A stretch of 64,000 bases of DNA from an uncultured delta proteobacterium (GTDB lineage: Bacteria; Desulfobacterota; Desulfobacteria; Desulfobacterales; B30-G6): the NCBI GenBank assembly GCA_963823335.1, contig CAWGLD010000005.1, positions 32,001 through 96,000 on the forward strand. Direction: 5' to 3'. How positions within the stretch are numbered: position 1 is the first letter of the stretch; each line of letters opens with the position of its first letter. The notes below the pieces were generated by a model. The model was given only the letters and a program-made list of their open reading frames with translations. It made no database searches and was not told where the DNA came from. A program made the position numbers and the translations under genes. Positions 15,697 through 25,768 of this stretch are shown here, piece after piece.

Positions 15697-15802
15697 TACC
15701 CAGGGTCGGAGGGTTAGAGGTTTGAAGGGGTGGAGGGTAGCTGACAGTCTACAGTTTAAATAGCTAAAATCGTTTTGAAGGGAATAAAAAGATCGTCATC
15801 TC

Positions 15803-16897
15803 ATGAATGAAACCGCCACCATAGAATCAACAGATGAAGTAAAACCGCCGGTGACGAGCGTGGGGGTTATTGGATGGGTACGGGCCAACCTATTCAACAG
15901 TATCTTTAATTCGATTTTGACTCTGGCGTCTATTTACTTCTTGGGGAAAGTGCTCCCGCCCGTTATTCGATGGGCGATTATCGACAGCCACTGGTTTTCC
16001 ACCGGTGAAGTGTGTCGAGGGGCGGAAGGTGCCTGCTGGTCGGTGATCCCGGCCAATATCCGCTTTATTATTTTTGGTTTCTTCCCTTACGAAATGCAGT
16101 GGCGTCCCCTCCTGGCCATGCTTCTTTTAGTGGGCCTGCTCTTTTACAGCCGGAACAGACGGCATTGGAAAAAATCGCTGTTGTATGCCTGGCTGGCCGG
16201 TCTGTTCATCATGGGCCTCCTTATGAAAGGAGGCATCCTGGGGCTGGCGAGTGTTGAAAGCACCCAGTGGGGCGGGCTTCCTTTGACACTGCTGCTGTCG
16301 GTTTTTGGTCTGGCTGCGGCCTACCCCTTGGGGGTCATTCTGGCCCTGGGACGTCAATCCCAGATGCCGGCCATCAAGACCCTTTGTATTGTTTATATTG
16401 AAATGATCCGGGGCGTACCGCTGATCACCCTTTTGTTCATGTCGTCCATTGTCTTTCCGCTGTTCCTGCCCGAGGGTGTTACGGTAAATGTCATTTTGAG
16501 AGCCCAGGTGGCCATCATTATGTTCACCGCCGCTTATGTTGCGGAAGTTGTTCGCGGCGGACTGCAAGGGATGGAAAAAGGCCAGTATGAAGCAGCCGAT
16601 TCCCTGGGGCTCAACTATTACCAGACCATGCGTCTGGTGATCCTGCCCCAGGCGCTGAAAATCGTGATACCCCCGACAGTGAGCCAACTCATATCGGCGC
16701 TAAAGGATACCTCCCTGGTCGTCATTATCGCCCTGTATGACCTTCTCAAAACCACCCAGTCGGTACTGTCGGATCCCTCCTGGATGGCGTTTTCTTCAGA
16801 GCTCTATATTTTTGTGGCACTGATCTACTTTGGTTGCTGTTACTTCATGTCCAGTTACAGCCGGCGCCTGGAAAAGGAACTGGATACAGGGCTGTAA
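15803..16897 (+). CDS. aapM: Amino acid ABC transporter permease
   Basis: WGGLPLTL, IEMIRGVPLI, AEVVRGGLQ...GQYEAA. Confidence 0.92.
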   Translation: MNETATIESTDEVKPPVTSVGVIGWVRANLFNSIFNSILTLASIYFLGKVLPPVIRWAIIDSHWFSTGEVCRGAEGACWSVIPANIRFIIFGFFPYEMQWRPLLAMLLLVGLLFYSRNRRHWKKSLLYAWLAGLFIMGLLMKGGILGLASVESTQWGGLPLTLLLSVFGLAAAYPLGVILALGRQSQMPAIKTLCIVYIEMIRGVPLITLLFMSSIVFPLFLPEGVTVNVILRAQVAIIMFTAAYVAEVVRGGLQGMEKGQYEAADSLGLNYYQTMRLVILPQALKIVIPPTVSQLISALKDTSLVVIIALYDLLKTTQSVLSDPSWMAFSSELYIFVALIYFGCCYFMSSYSRRLEKELDTGL

Positions 16898-16944
16898 CGC
16901 ATGGTTGAGTAACGATTTTATATTGAAAAATAAAAGAGATAACC

Positions 16945-17715
16945 ATGAATGATACCAATGTGAATTTGAATTCCGCACCCACCGGTGATGCCATCATCGA
17001 AATCAAAAAGCTGCACAAATGGTTCGGCGAGTTCCATGTTCTTCAGAATATTGATCTAACCGTCCAGAAGAAAGAACGGATCGTTATTTGCGGGCCTTCA
17101 GGTTCGGGAAAATCGACCCTCATTCGTTGCATCAACCGCCTTGAAGAACATCAGCGTGGACAGATTATCGTGGATGGCATCGAGCTGAGCAATAATTTAA
17201 AAAACATTGAAAAGGTACGCACGGAAGTCGGTATGGTGTTCCAGCACTTCAATCTGTTTCCCCACCTGACCATCGTCGAAAATCTTACCCTCGGTCCCAT
17301 GTGGGTGCGAAAAGTTCCCAAAAAAGAGGCCGAAGAGACTGCCATGTATTATCTGGAAAAGGTTCAAATTGCCGAACAGGCAAAAAAATTTCCAGGTCAG
17401 CTTTCCGGTGGGCAACAGCAACGGGTGGCCATCGCCCGGAGCCTGTGCATGGCACCGAAAGTGATGCTTTTCGATGAGCCCACATCAGCCCTGGACCCTG
17501 AAATGATCAAAGAGGTTTTGGATGTCATGATCGATCTCGCCCAGGAAGGCATGACCATGATCGTGGTGACCCATGAAATGGGTTTTGCAAAAAGCGTGGC
17601 CCACCGGGTGCTTTTTATGGATTACGGAAAAATTGTGGAAGGCAATACACCCGGAGAATTCTTTGATAACCCGCAGCACGAAAGGACCAAGCTATTTTTG
17701 AGCCAGATCCTCTAA
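16945..17715 (+). CDS. aapP: Amino acid ABC transporter ATP-binding protein
   Basis: [33 protein letters not shown]. Confidence 0.95.
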   Translation: MNDTNVNLNSAPTGDAIIEIKKLHKWFGEFHVLQNIDLTVQKKERIVICGPSGSGKSTLIRCINRLEEHQRGQIIVDGIELSNNLKNIEKVRTEVGMVFQHFNLFPHLTIVENLTLGPMWVRKVPKKEAEETAMYYLEKVQIAEQAKKFPGQLSGGQQQRVAIARSLCMAPKVMLFDEPTSALDPEMIKEVLDVMIDLAQEGMTMIVVTHEMGFAKSVAHRVLFMDYGKIVEGNTPGEFFDNPQHERTKLFLSQIL

Positions 17716-17787
17716 TGTCCTCTGGGGACAGCTTTCACTTAATTCGTACATACTAATAAGACCCCGCAGCAAGCTGCAGGGTTAGTG

Positions 17788-18225
17788 CTAGCCGTTGTGG
17801 TTCAGATCGATTAGTGCTTGTTGGAGGGCCTGGTAAACCATCTCGGGGATGGTAGCCACTTTCAGTTCCAGGGGATTTCTGGCATCCATACATATCCGTT
17901 TTTCGGTGCCCACCACCATGTGCCGGCCATCTTCTGCACGGGTGATGAGGTGCTCAAGTGTCAGCCCTCTCTTGTTCAGGTCTTGGAGCCGCGTGAGGAT
18001 CTTGAGCCGCTGATGATAACGCCCCGCACGCAGGTACCGGCACTGGGTTTCCGCCAGGCCAAAAACAATGCCATGATCCTTCCACAGACGATCGTGCCGG
18101 ATGCCGATGACTTCGAAGAATTGATGTGCACAGGCATCGAACCATTCATAGTAACGCGGGTAGAATACAATGCCGAGTGCATCGAGATCACCCCACATGA
18201 TGCGTTTTTCAACGGTGTTTTCCAT
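17788..18225 (-). CDS. Acyl-CoA thioesterase (4HBT/YbgC family)
   Basis: WGDLDALGIVFYPRYYEWFD hot-dog thioesterase motif. Confidence 0.9.
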   Translation of the reverse strand: MENTVEKRIMWGDLDALGIVFYPRYYEWFDACAHQFFEVIGIRHDRLWKDHGIVFGLAETQCRYLRAGRYHQRLKILTRLQDLNKRGLTLEHLITRAEDGRHMVVGTEKRICMDARNPLELKVATIPEMVYQALQQALIDLNHNG

Positions 18226-18391
18226 TATGGATCCTTCTATACTTATTGTGATAACCGATTACTTTTTACTGCTTCTGAAGACCTGATAGCATTTTAGGGG
18301 TTTAGGCTGTAGGCTGTTAGGTGTTATTCGCTGATAGCTGTCAGCCACCCTCCAACCCTTGTATCACCCTCAGACCCTCGGACCCTTCTCT

Positions 18392-19660
18392 TTAATCCCC
18401 ATGCACCCGCCACATGTCTTCGTCTGTGTAACATTTTTCAGGGTTGGCATCCGCTCCCCTGGCGTCCATTTCGACATTTCGTATCGCTGGGGATGATGCG
18501 AGAATTTCACGGTAGTATTCATGCTGAATCAGCAGGTTCATGATTTCGTTGGTGCCGGTCCATATCTGCGTCAGACGGATATCTCGCACGATTTTTTCGA
18601 TGGGGTATACCTCTGTGTAACCGATTCCACCCATGATCTGCATGGCCTTGTTGGCAATTTCCCAGGCCGCATCGGTGGCAAATTTTTTGGCCTCACTGAC
18701 GAGTCTCCTCGCGTTGGGCGCCCCGGTGTCCACGGCGCGGGCCGCCATATAAACGATAGCCCGGGCGGCGTCCAGTTGTGTAATGGCATCCGCCACCATA
18801 AAATTGACGCCCTGGAACTTGCGGATGGCTTTTCCAAAAGCAAAGCGCTTGTCGCTGTAGCGCAGTGCAAGATCAAGCCCTGCCCGGACCCCCAGGCTTG
18901 CCGCAGCAGAGGTCAGGCGTTCTGGAATCATCATCTGGTGAAAGACCAGTGAACCGGAGTTCATATCGCTGATCAGATTCTCTTTAGGCACGCGGACATT
19001 TCTAAAGACAAGACGTCCGGTGCCGCCGCCCCGGGTACCCATGAGACCGTACTGGTATTCGGTTTCCACCCCCGGACCCCGTTCGATCAGCAAGGCACTG
19101 ATCCGTTCATACTTGTGGGCATTCTCGTCAAAGTTGGTCCGACAGTAAACCAGAAAAACATCGGCTTCGGTAGCTCCCACCACAAAACGTTTCTGGCCAT
19201 TGACGATGAAGTGATCGTTTTTCAGGGCGGCTGTTGTGGTGGCCCCAAAAAAGTCTGAACCACCTCTGGGTTCTGTCAGGGCTTCGGCACAGATGAGCTT
19301 GCCCTGTAGGATCGGTTTCAGAAATTTTTCTTTCTGGGTTTCGGTTCCAAATATGTGCAGTGCTTCACCGACGATGGAGGGCATCACGAAGGCACATCCC
19401 AATGCGGTTCCCAGGACACCGATTTCCTCTTCGGCAATGACCTCAGCGGTCCATGACAGACCGCGTCCGCCCCATCTGGGATCGAAGCGCAGACCGAGAA
19501 GATTCCTTGCGGCCAGTTTTTCGACGTATTCACGCGGGTATTCAATCTCATCCTTATCCATGGCACGGATCAAATCAGGAGACACGTCATCGCGTACAAA
19601 TGCCCTGACTTCCGCCTGGATGGCTTTTTCTGCATCAGTCATCATGCTGTCGTAAAACAT
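18392..19660 (-). CDS. Acyl-CoA dehydrogenase
   Basis: ALTEPRGGSD, NGQKRFV, QIMGGIGY, IWTGTNEI; start moved to ATG 19660 after SD AGGAGG because the longer ORF reads through a repeat array. Confidence 0.95.
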   Translation of the reverse strand: MFYDSMMTDAEKAIQAEVRAFVRDDVSPDLIRAMDKDEIEYPREYVEKLAARNLLGLRFDPRWGGRGLSWTAEVIAEEEIGVLGTALGCAFVMPSIVGEALHIFGTETQKEKFLKPILQGKLICAEALTEPRGGSDFFGATTTAALKNDHFIVNGQKRFVVGATEADVFLVYCRTNFDENAHKYERISALLIERGPGVETEYQYGLMGTRGGGTGRLVFRNVRVPKENLISDMNSGSLVFHQMMIPERLTSAAASLGVRAGLDLALRYSDKRFAFGKAIRKFQGVNFMVADAITQLDAARAIVYMAARAVDTGAPNARRLVSEAKKFATDAAWEIANKAMQIMGGIGYTEVYPIEKIVRDIRLTQIWTGTNEIMNLLIQHEYYREILASSPAIRNVEMDARGADANPEKCYTDEDMWRVHGD

Positions 19661-19678
19661 TTTGCCTCCTTTCCGAGG

Positions 19679-19819
19679 GTCATATAGCCTTCGGCTGTCA
19701 TTTGCACTTCGTGCGTCATTTGCGCTGCGCACGATATTAGGCCTGCGGCCGTCATTTATCCTTCGGATGTTATTAGCGCTACGCGCATCATTAAGCCTTC
19801 GGCTGTCATTTATTGTTGC
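19679..19819 (-). repeat. 18-bp-period array of seven GNA-triloop mini-hairpins
   Basis: 7-nt linker (gtcattt consensus on +) alternating with 11-nt palindromes agccttcggct, gcacttcgtgc, gcgctgcgcac, ggcctgcggcc, atccttcggat, gcgctacgcgc, agccttcggct. Confidence 0.95.
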
Positions 19820-19904
19820 TCACAGCGTATTGCTCGGAGTTTATTTAAAACTTAACACCTAAAACTTAACACCACCCTTAATGACGTGAAACAAATGACT
19901 TGCT

Positions 19905-21218
19905 CTATCCTTTACGATTATTTTCTAATACTGCGAGTCGCTTAACGAGCGCAAGCACCCCCTCCAACGTAGCGCCCTTGAATCGGATACCGAGAGCGGC
20001 CACGAGCATGTCCAGGCTGATCAACCGTTTCTGTTGTGCCAGGAGGCTCAATGCCACCATGGCCATATCCTGGCGCTTGATCTTATTTCCCTTGAAGTCA
20101 ATGGGTAGTATGGTGCCGCGACACTTCGGGATTTCTGCCTTTGAATCCGCCAAGACAAAGGTGTCATCACTGCAGGTACTGAATACCGCTTTTTTGCGGT
20201 CGATGCCTTCCTGTCCCAGGGCCAGAATAACATCTGGTACTGTGATGCCGGCGTAGTCTATTTTGTCGGGGGATAAAATCACCTCACAGGCCGAGTGTCC
20301 CCTTAGAACCGTAATCGGGTAATCATTTTTCTGGGTTGCATGGAGTCCGGCCGTGAGTCCGGCATAGCACAATATCTCACCGGCGGTAACGATCCGCTGA
20401 CCGGCACTTCCCAGAATCAAAATTTCTTTGCGGTCGTTAAAGAGAGCTGGAAACTTCTTTGACACCTCCATGGGTGCCGGCAATGGTTTCTGCAAAGAAG
20501 CCTTTTGTCTATAGTGCTCACCGTACTCCTCCCGAATGTTTTCCGAAACAGGTCCATGATAGGTCGGCAGGCTGTCGATGGATGCCTGGATGGTCTTGAA
20601 GGTGGTTTTGTTTTGGCGGGTGTAACGACCCGGGCAGATGCCCCAGATGTCCATGGTGGAAAAGCCCTTGAATCGAATGGCCTGTTCCATTTCTGTTGAA
20701 AGGTCACTCTGGTAGGCAGAAACTCGGGTAACATAGCCTGCCCCGGCTGCGCGCACTACCCGGCAGGCATCCATGGGCTTCTCTATCTGGTTGAGAAAGC
20801 CGGATCCCACCAGTGCATCCTGCGGTGTGGTGACCGAGAACTGACCTCCGGTCATTCCATAATTGAAATTGTTGAGGATCAGCAAGGTGATGTCGATGTT
20901 GCGTCGGCAGGTGCTGAGCAGGTGGGCACCGCCGATACCCAGACCGCCGTCCCCCATGGTGACCACCACATGAAGATCGGGTTTCGCCAGTTTGATGCCC
21001 GTGGCATAGGTCAATGCCCGGCCATGGAGGCCGTGAAAAGCATGGGTCTTGAAAAAGGTGTCGAAAAGGCCTGAACAACCGATGTCACTAACAATAACGA
21101 CCTGGTTTTCGTGGATGCCCATCTGCAAAAAAGTCTTGTCCAGGGCGCGTGTCACGACCTCGTGAGAGCAGCCGGGACAATAGGCCGGCGGTCTGGAACT
21201 ATTGATAAAACTAGGCAT
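19905..21218 (-). CDS. 2-oxoacid:ferredoxin oxidoreductase fused beta (TPP-binding) and gamma-like domains
   Basis: YCPGCSH, SDIGCS, GDG...NN TPP motif, YGMTGGQFS; C-terminal LGSAGQRIVTAG gamma-like domain. Confidence 0.9.
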   Translation of the reverse strand: MPSFINSSRPPAYCPGCSHEVVTRALDKTFLQMGIHENQVVIVSDIGCSGLFDTFFKTHAFHGLHGRALTYATGIKLAKPDLHVVVTMGDGGLGIGGAHLLSTCRRNIDITLLILNNFNYGMTGGQFSVTTPQDALVGSGFLNQIEKPMDACRVVRAAGAGYVTRVSAYQSDLSTEMEQAIRFKGFSTMDIWGICPGRYTRQNKTTFKTIQASIDSLPTYHGPVSENIREEYGEHYRQKASLQKPLPAPMEVSKKFPALFNDRKEILILGSAGQRIVTAGEILCYAGLTAGLHATQKNDYPITVLRGHSACEVILSPDKIDYAGITVPDVILALGQEGIDRKKAVFSTCSDDTFVLADSKAEIPKCRGTILPIDFKGNKIKRQDMAMVALSLLAQQKRLISLDMLVAALGIRFKGATLEGVLALVKRLAVLENNRKG

Positions 21219-22332
21219 GTGTGATGAATTCCTCCACTTGAGATGGTTTTATGAGGTTGCCATCCATCCGGCCCAGAAATCTGACAGAATGAGCCGATAA
21301 TATTCGCCTTATTTCATGGACATACTGACCAAGGTTCATTTCCACGACAAGAATTTGTCTATATGCCGAGGCTTTTTTCTTGATCAGCGCCTCGGGGATG
21401 GGCCACAGGGTTTTAAGGGTCAGTATGGAGACCGGTGTTCCGGAGATGGAGAGTTTCTTTGCGGCGGCCATGACTGCGCGTGCACTGATGCCATAGGTGA
21501 TCACCAGGATCTCGGCACCCTGTTCCACGTGTTCATCGTAAAACGTGAAATCCTCCACAGAGGCTTCCAGTTTGTTGCAGAGGCGTTCCTGGCTTTTTGC
21601 GATGATCTCCGGATCCACCGTGATGTAACCATCCGGACCATGTGTTGAGGATGTTTGACGGGCGATGGTTTTTCCGCCGACGGGCAAAAAATCAGGCGTA
21701 CTGGAAGGGTATAGGGCGGCAAAAGGGAGATAGGGGCTATCGTCAGGGGCGCTGGCCCGCTGGATGATGGGCGGCAAGGTCACTGTATCCAGGTCGAGAC
21801 TCTCCCGGGTCATACCGATTTCCTTGTTGGATGCAACGAATACAGGGCAGCGAAATGTTTCTGCCAGATTGAAGGCGTGAGCGGTCAGAGCATAGCAGTC
21901 TGCCACATCCGTGGGTGCCAGAACGATGACAGGTATTCCACCGCTGTTGCCCCAGCGTAGAAATTGGATATCACCGTCAGCGCCTTTTGTCGCCGATCCT
22001 GTAGAGGGGCCAAGCCGCTGGACATCGACGATAACGATGGGAATTTCGGATCCGATGGCAAAAGAAATGTTTTCGCTGTACAAACTGATGCCGGGGCCTG
22101 ATGTGGCTGTCATCACCTTCATGCCGGCCATGGAGGCGCCCAGGCAGAATCCAATGGAGGCGATCTCGTCTTCTCCCTGAATACAGATACCGCCTCTGGG
22201 AGGCAGTAGTTTCAGCATGGTGTTCAATATGGTTGTGGCCGGTGTAATGGGGTATCCTGCAAAAAAACGGCAGCCTGCGTGGTACGCTCCCCAGGCAACG
22301 GCCTCGTTTCCTTCCATTAGTGTCAGGGACAT
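21211..22332 (-). CDS. 2-oxoacid:ferredoxin oxidoreductase alpha subunit
   Basis: GNEAVAWGA, FAGYPITPAT, EDEIAS, TATSGPG, QRLGPSTG, VVEMNLGQ. Confidence 0.93.
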   Translation of the reverse strand: MSLTLMEGNEAVAWGAYHAGCRFFAGYPITPATTILNTMLKLLPPRGGICIQGEDEIASIGFCLGASMAGMKVMTATSGPGISLYSENISFAIGSEIPIVIVDVQRLGPSTGSATKGADGDIQFLRWGNSGGIPVIVLAPTDVADCYALTAHAFNLAETFRCPVFVASNKEIGMTRESLDLDTVTLPPIIQRASAPDDSPYLPFAALYPSSTPDFLPVGGKTIARQTSSTHGPDGYITVDPEIIAKSQERLCNKLEASVEDFTFYDEHVEQGAEILVITYGISARAVMAAAKKLSISGTPVSILTLKTLWPIPEALIKKKASAYRQILVVEMNLGQYVHEIRRILSAHSVRFLGRMDGNLIKPSQVEEFITHA

Positions 22333-22851
22333 GGGGCTCCTTTTTATAGCTCGAATATTTATATTTGAGGCGTTGTACGTGATTTATAGATATAAATCAA
22401 ATCTCAATTTCAGAGAGGCCCATGGGGTCCGGGATTCGAGGGTTCAAGTGGATGTGAAACCATCTATGTGCCAGGAGTACAGGGGCTCTTGTTTCATTTT
22501 TATTGTATAAACCAAACATGTGATGCCTGTCACGTGAAAATTGCCTTTAATCATTATGGACGATGATGTATAAGACCTATTAGGTGTTCAGGCTGTAGCC
22601 TGTTAGGCTGCTAATAGCCGATTGCTTTCTGCCACCCTTGAACCTCAACAGCGAGTGCATTCCCCGCTGCTTACGGCGGGGGATTTTCGAACCCTTTATG
22701 CGGGGAAGCTAGAATGCTCGGAAGATGGGATGCTGCTGTCCGCTTACAGCTGTTAGCTACCCTCGGATCCTTGGACCCTGTTTCCCAACGTCACAATAGA
22801 AGAAGCAGGGGATATTTTTCTTTTTGATATTGTTTGGAAGAAAGAACTTTT

Positions 22852-24189
22852 ATGAAACCTATTGTAGCCATCATTGGTCGACCCAACGTGGGGAAGTCGA
22901 CCTTTTTCAACCGCATCACAAAATCGAGAGATGCCCTTGTGGAGAACTTTCCCGGTGTTACCAGAGATCGTATTTATGGTGATGCAACCTGGAACGACGT
23001 TGCGTTTACCTTGATCGACACCGGAGGATTCACAGAGGCAGCCGACACGTTTGCGCCCCAGATCCGGTTGCAGATTCAGCTGGCCATGAACGATGCCGAT
23101 CTTGTCATTTTCATGCTGGACGGCAAGGGGGGGATTTCGCCCTTTGACCAGGATATCATCCAAATGCTGCGTGCAACCACCAAACCGGTCATGGTGGCAG
23201 TCAATAAAATCGATGGGTTTGAACAGGAAAAAGGCATCTATGATTTTTACAGCCTGGGTATAGAGGATCCCTATCCTGTGTCGTCTGAACACGGATACGG
23301 CATGCATGACTTTCTGGATAGTCTGGTGGAGCGCTTGACTCGGATTATGACCTTGAACACAGGGGATCAAGAAGAGGACTTCATAAAAATAGCCGTAGTG
23401 GGTCGACCAAATGTCGGAAAATCATCGCTGATCAACGCTATTATCGGCGAGGATCGGCACCTGGTGAGCGACATACCGGGCACAACCCGCGACGCAGTGG
23501 ATTCGGATTGTCGAAAGGATGGGCGCCAATATCGCTTTGTCGATACTGCCGGGATCCGGCGCAAGGGTAAGGTTCATCACAAACTGGAAAAATTTTCAGT
23601 CATCAAGGCCTTGAGGAGCCTTGACAGATGTGATGTTGCCTTGATGGTCTTGGATGCGGCCGACGGTATCACGGAACAGGATATCAACATCGCCGGTTAT
23701 GCATATGATAGGGGCTGCGGATGTATTTTTCTGCTGAACAAGTGGGATCTGGTGGAGAAAGACAGCAATACAGCCAAAAAATTTCAGCAGCAGGTAAAAG
23801 AGGCGGCAAAATTCCTTAATTTTGCCCCGGTTTTGACCATATCCGCCCTCACAGGTACCCGGGTTCGCAAGATTTTCGACATGGTTGACGAGGTCCACAG
23901 CCAGTTCGCTACCCGGATCAATACAGGGCAGCTAAACAGGATCGTGGAAAAAGCAACCCAGAAGAACGAGCCTTCCTTGGTCAAGGGGAAGCGGTTAAAA
24001 TTTTACTATGCCACCCAGATCACCACAAAACCGCCCACATTCGTGTGTTTTGTCAACTATCCCCAAGCGGTTCATTTTTCGTACAAACGCTATTTATTGA
24101 ACCAGATCCGTTTAGGCACCGGTCTCAACCAGACGCCCATGCGTCTCATCTTCCGCCAGCGAACAGGGCGGTTGACCAAGACGAAGTGA
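22852..24189 (+). CDS. der: Ribosome biogenesis GTPase Der
   Basis: Two tandem GRPNVGKS G domains (DTGG, DTAG) and a C-terminal KH-like domain. Confidence 0.97.
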   Translation: MKPIVAIIGRPNVGKSTFFNRITKSRDALVENFPGVTRDRIYGDATWNDVAFTLIDTGGFTEAADTFAPQIRLQIQLAMNDADLVIFMLDGKGGISPFDQDIIQMLRATTKPVMVAVNKIDGFEQEKGIYDFYSLGIEDPYPVSSEHGYGMHDFLDSLVERLTRIMTLNTGDQEEDFIKIAVVGRPNVGKSSLINAIIGEDRHLVSDIPGTTRDAVDSDCRKDGRQYRFVDTAGIRRKGKVHHKLEKFSVIKALRSLDRCDVALMVLDAADGITEQDINIAGYAYDRGCGCIFLLNKWDLVEKDSNTAKKFQQQVKEAAKFLNFAPVLTISALTGTRVRKIFDMVDEVHSQFATRINTGQLNRIVEKATQKNEPSLVKGKRLKFYYATQITTKPPTFVCFVNYPQAVHFSYKRYLLNQIRLGTGLNQTPMRLIFRQRTGRLTKTK

Positions 24190-24254
24190 AGCAAATAGCA
24201 ATGTGCTGTAAGCCATAAGCGGTCTAAAGCTTCCCGGTATTCCGGTATAAAAAA

Positions 24255-24393
24255 GGGTTCGAGGGTTAGAAGAGCAGGGATCGAGGGTCCGTGGGGGATA
24301 TGAGGGTTTGAGGGTAGGAGGTTTGGAGGGGTGGCGGGTAGCTGAGAGCTATCGGCTATTAGCAATTTGCAGCCTACAGTCTAAATGCCTAAA
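24255..24393. repeat. Composite G-rich octamer plus heptamer tract
   Basis: gggttcga gggttaga ... gggtttga gggtagga ggtttgga then tgagagc tatcggc tattagc ... agcctac agtctaa; related tracts at 15701-15768 and (inverted) 18293-18388. Confidence 0.75.
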
Positions 24394-24400
24394 GGGCGAT

Positions 24401-25768
24401 ATGGACCTTTTCGAATATAATTCACAGCAATCCAGGACCAAGAGTCAACCCCTTGCGGAACGGGTTCGACCCACTAGCCTGGAGGCTTTTGTGGGGCAGA
24501 AACACCTCCTGGGTAAGGGTAAGCTGATCCAGACCGCCATCGAAACCGACCACCTCTTTTCTATGATCCTCTGGGGGCCTCCGGGTTGCGGGAAAACAAC
24601 GTTGGCCCGCATTGTCGCCAAGGAAACTCGAGCACATTTTGTTCATTTTTCAGCGGTGTTGTCGGGTGTCAAGGAAATCCGGTCCGTCATCAAGATCGCC
24701 AAGGACCAGCAATCTTTGTACCGGCAGGAAACCATTCTGTTCGTGGATGAAATTCATCGCTTCAACAAAGCCCAGCAGGATGCCTTTCTGCACCATGTTG
24801 AAGACGGGTTGATTACATTGATCGGGGCGACCACAGAAAACCCCTCCTTTGAAGTGATTGCACCACTTTTATCACGCTGTCGTGTGATCACCATGAAGGT
24901 CCTGTCGGATGAGGACATCGCCCTGATTCTCGAATTTGCGCTCAGGGACGAAGACAGGGGGCTGGGAAAAGCCTCCTGGCAGTTGAGTCAGGAGGCCATT
25001 CGCTATCTGGTTCAAATATCCGATGGAGATGCCCGCATGGCGTTGAACAATCTCGAACTGGTGACCAGCCTGAAAAGAGCGGATACAGAAGAAAAAAAGA
25101 TCACATTGGCAGAGATTAAAACAGCGCTGCAGGAAAAGGCGCTCGTTTATGACAAATCAGGCGAATCCCATTACAATCTTATCTCGGCCCTGCACAAGAG
25201 CATGCGCGGCAGCGACCCCGATGCAGCCATATACTGGCTCGGCCGCATGCTGGCTTCCGGAGAAGACCCGCTTTATGTGGCACGCAGAATGGTCCGTTTT
25301 GCTGTGGAAGACATCGGGAATGCAGATCCCGAAGCCCTTAACATGGCGCTGAACGGCATGGAGGCCTATCGTTTTCTTGGGTCCCCCGAAGGGGAGCTGG
25401 CCCTGGCCCAGGTAGCTGTATACCTGGCAACGGCCCCTAAAAGCAATGCCATCTACACGGCTTATAACAAGGTGCAGGAGACCATCAAACAGACCGGCTC
25501 TCTGCAAACACCTTTGCACATTCGCAATGCCCCCACAAAACTGATGAAGTCCATCGGTTATGGCAAGGATTACCAGTATGCCCACAATTATCAGGATGCC
25601 ATCGACTCTCAGGAATATCTGCCGGAAAAGATCCGGGGAAGTCAATTTTATCATCCCGTGGACAGGGGGCATGAACAGACCATCAGGAAACGGCTTGACT
25701 GGTGGCGGCACAAGAAAAAGAAAATGCGCGGGTCCTCTGATCCCAAAATAGGGGACGTCCTTGACTAA
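24401..25768 (+). CDS. rarA: Replication-associated recombination protein A
   Basis: PLAERVRP, WGPPGCGKTT, VDEIHRFNKAQQD, ISALHKSMRGSD, PLHIRNAPT. Confidence 0.96.
   Translation: MDLFEYNSQQSRTKSQPLAERVRPTSLEAFVGQKHLLGKGKLIQTAIETDHLFSMILWGPPGCGKTTLARIVAKETRAHFVHFSAVLSGVKEIRSVIKIAKDQQSLYRQETILFVDEIHRFNKAQQDAFLHHVEDGLITLIGATTENPSFEVIAPLLSRCRVITMKVLSDEDIALILEFALRDEDRGLGKASWQLSQEAIRYLVQISDGDARMALNNLELVTSLKRADTEEKKITLAEIKTALQEKALVYDKSGESHYNLISALHKSMRGSDPDAAIYWLGRMLASGEDPLYVARRMVRFAVEDIGNADPEALNMALNGMEAYRFLGSPEGELALAQVAVYLATAPKSNAIYTAYNKVQETIKQTGSLQTPLHIRNAPTKLMKSIGYGKDYQYAHNYQDAIDSQEYLPEKIRGSQFYHPVDRGHEQTIRKRLDWWRHKKKKMRGSSDPKIGDVLD

Noticed and set aside
19661-19732. N-terminal extension MRSANDARSANDS of the acyl-CoA dehydrogenase
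   Set aside because: Read-through of the 18-bp repeat; a strong SD precedes ATG 19660
19679-19819. CRISPR interpretation of the 18-bp array
   Set aside because: Constant part is only 7 nt, variable parts are 11-nt palindromes, and no cas genes are present
24308-24400. N-terminal extension of rarA
   Set aside because: Translates the octamer/heptamer tract; the family-like start is MDLF at 24401
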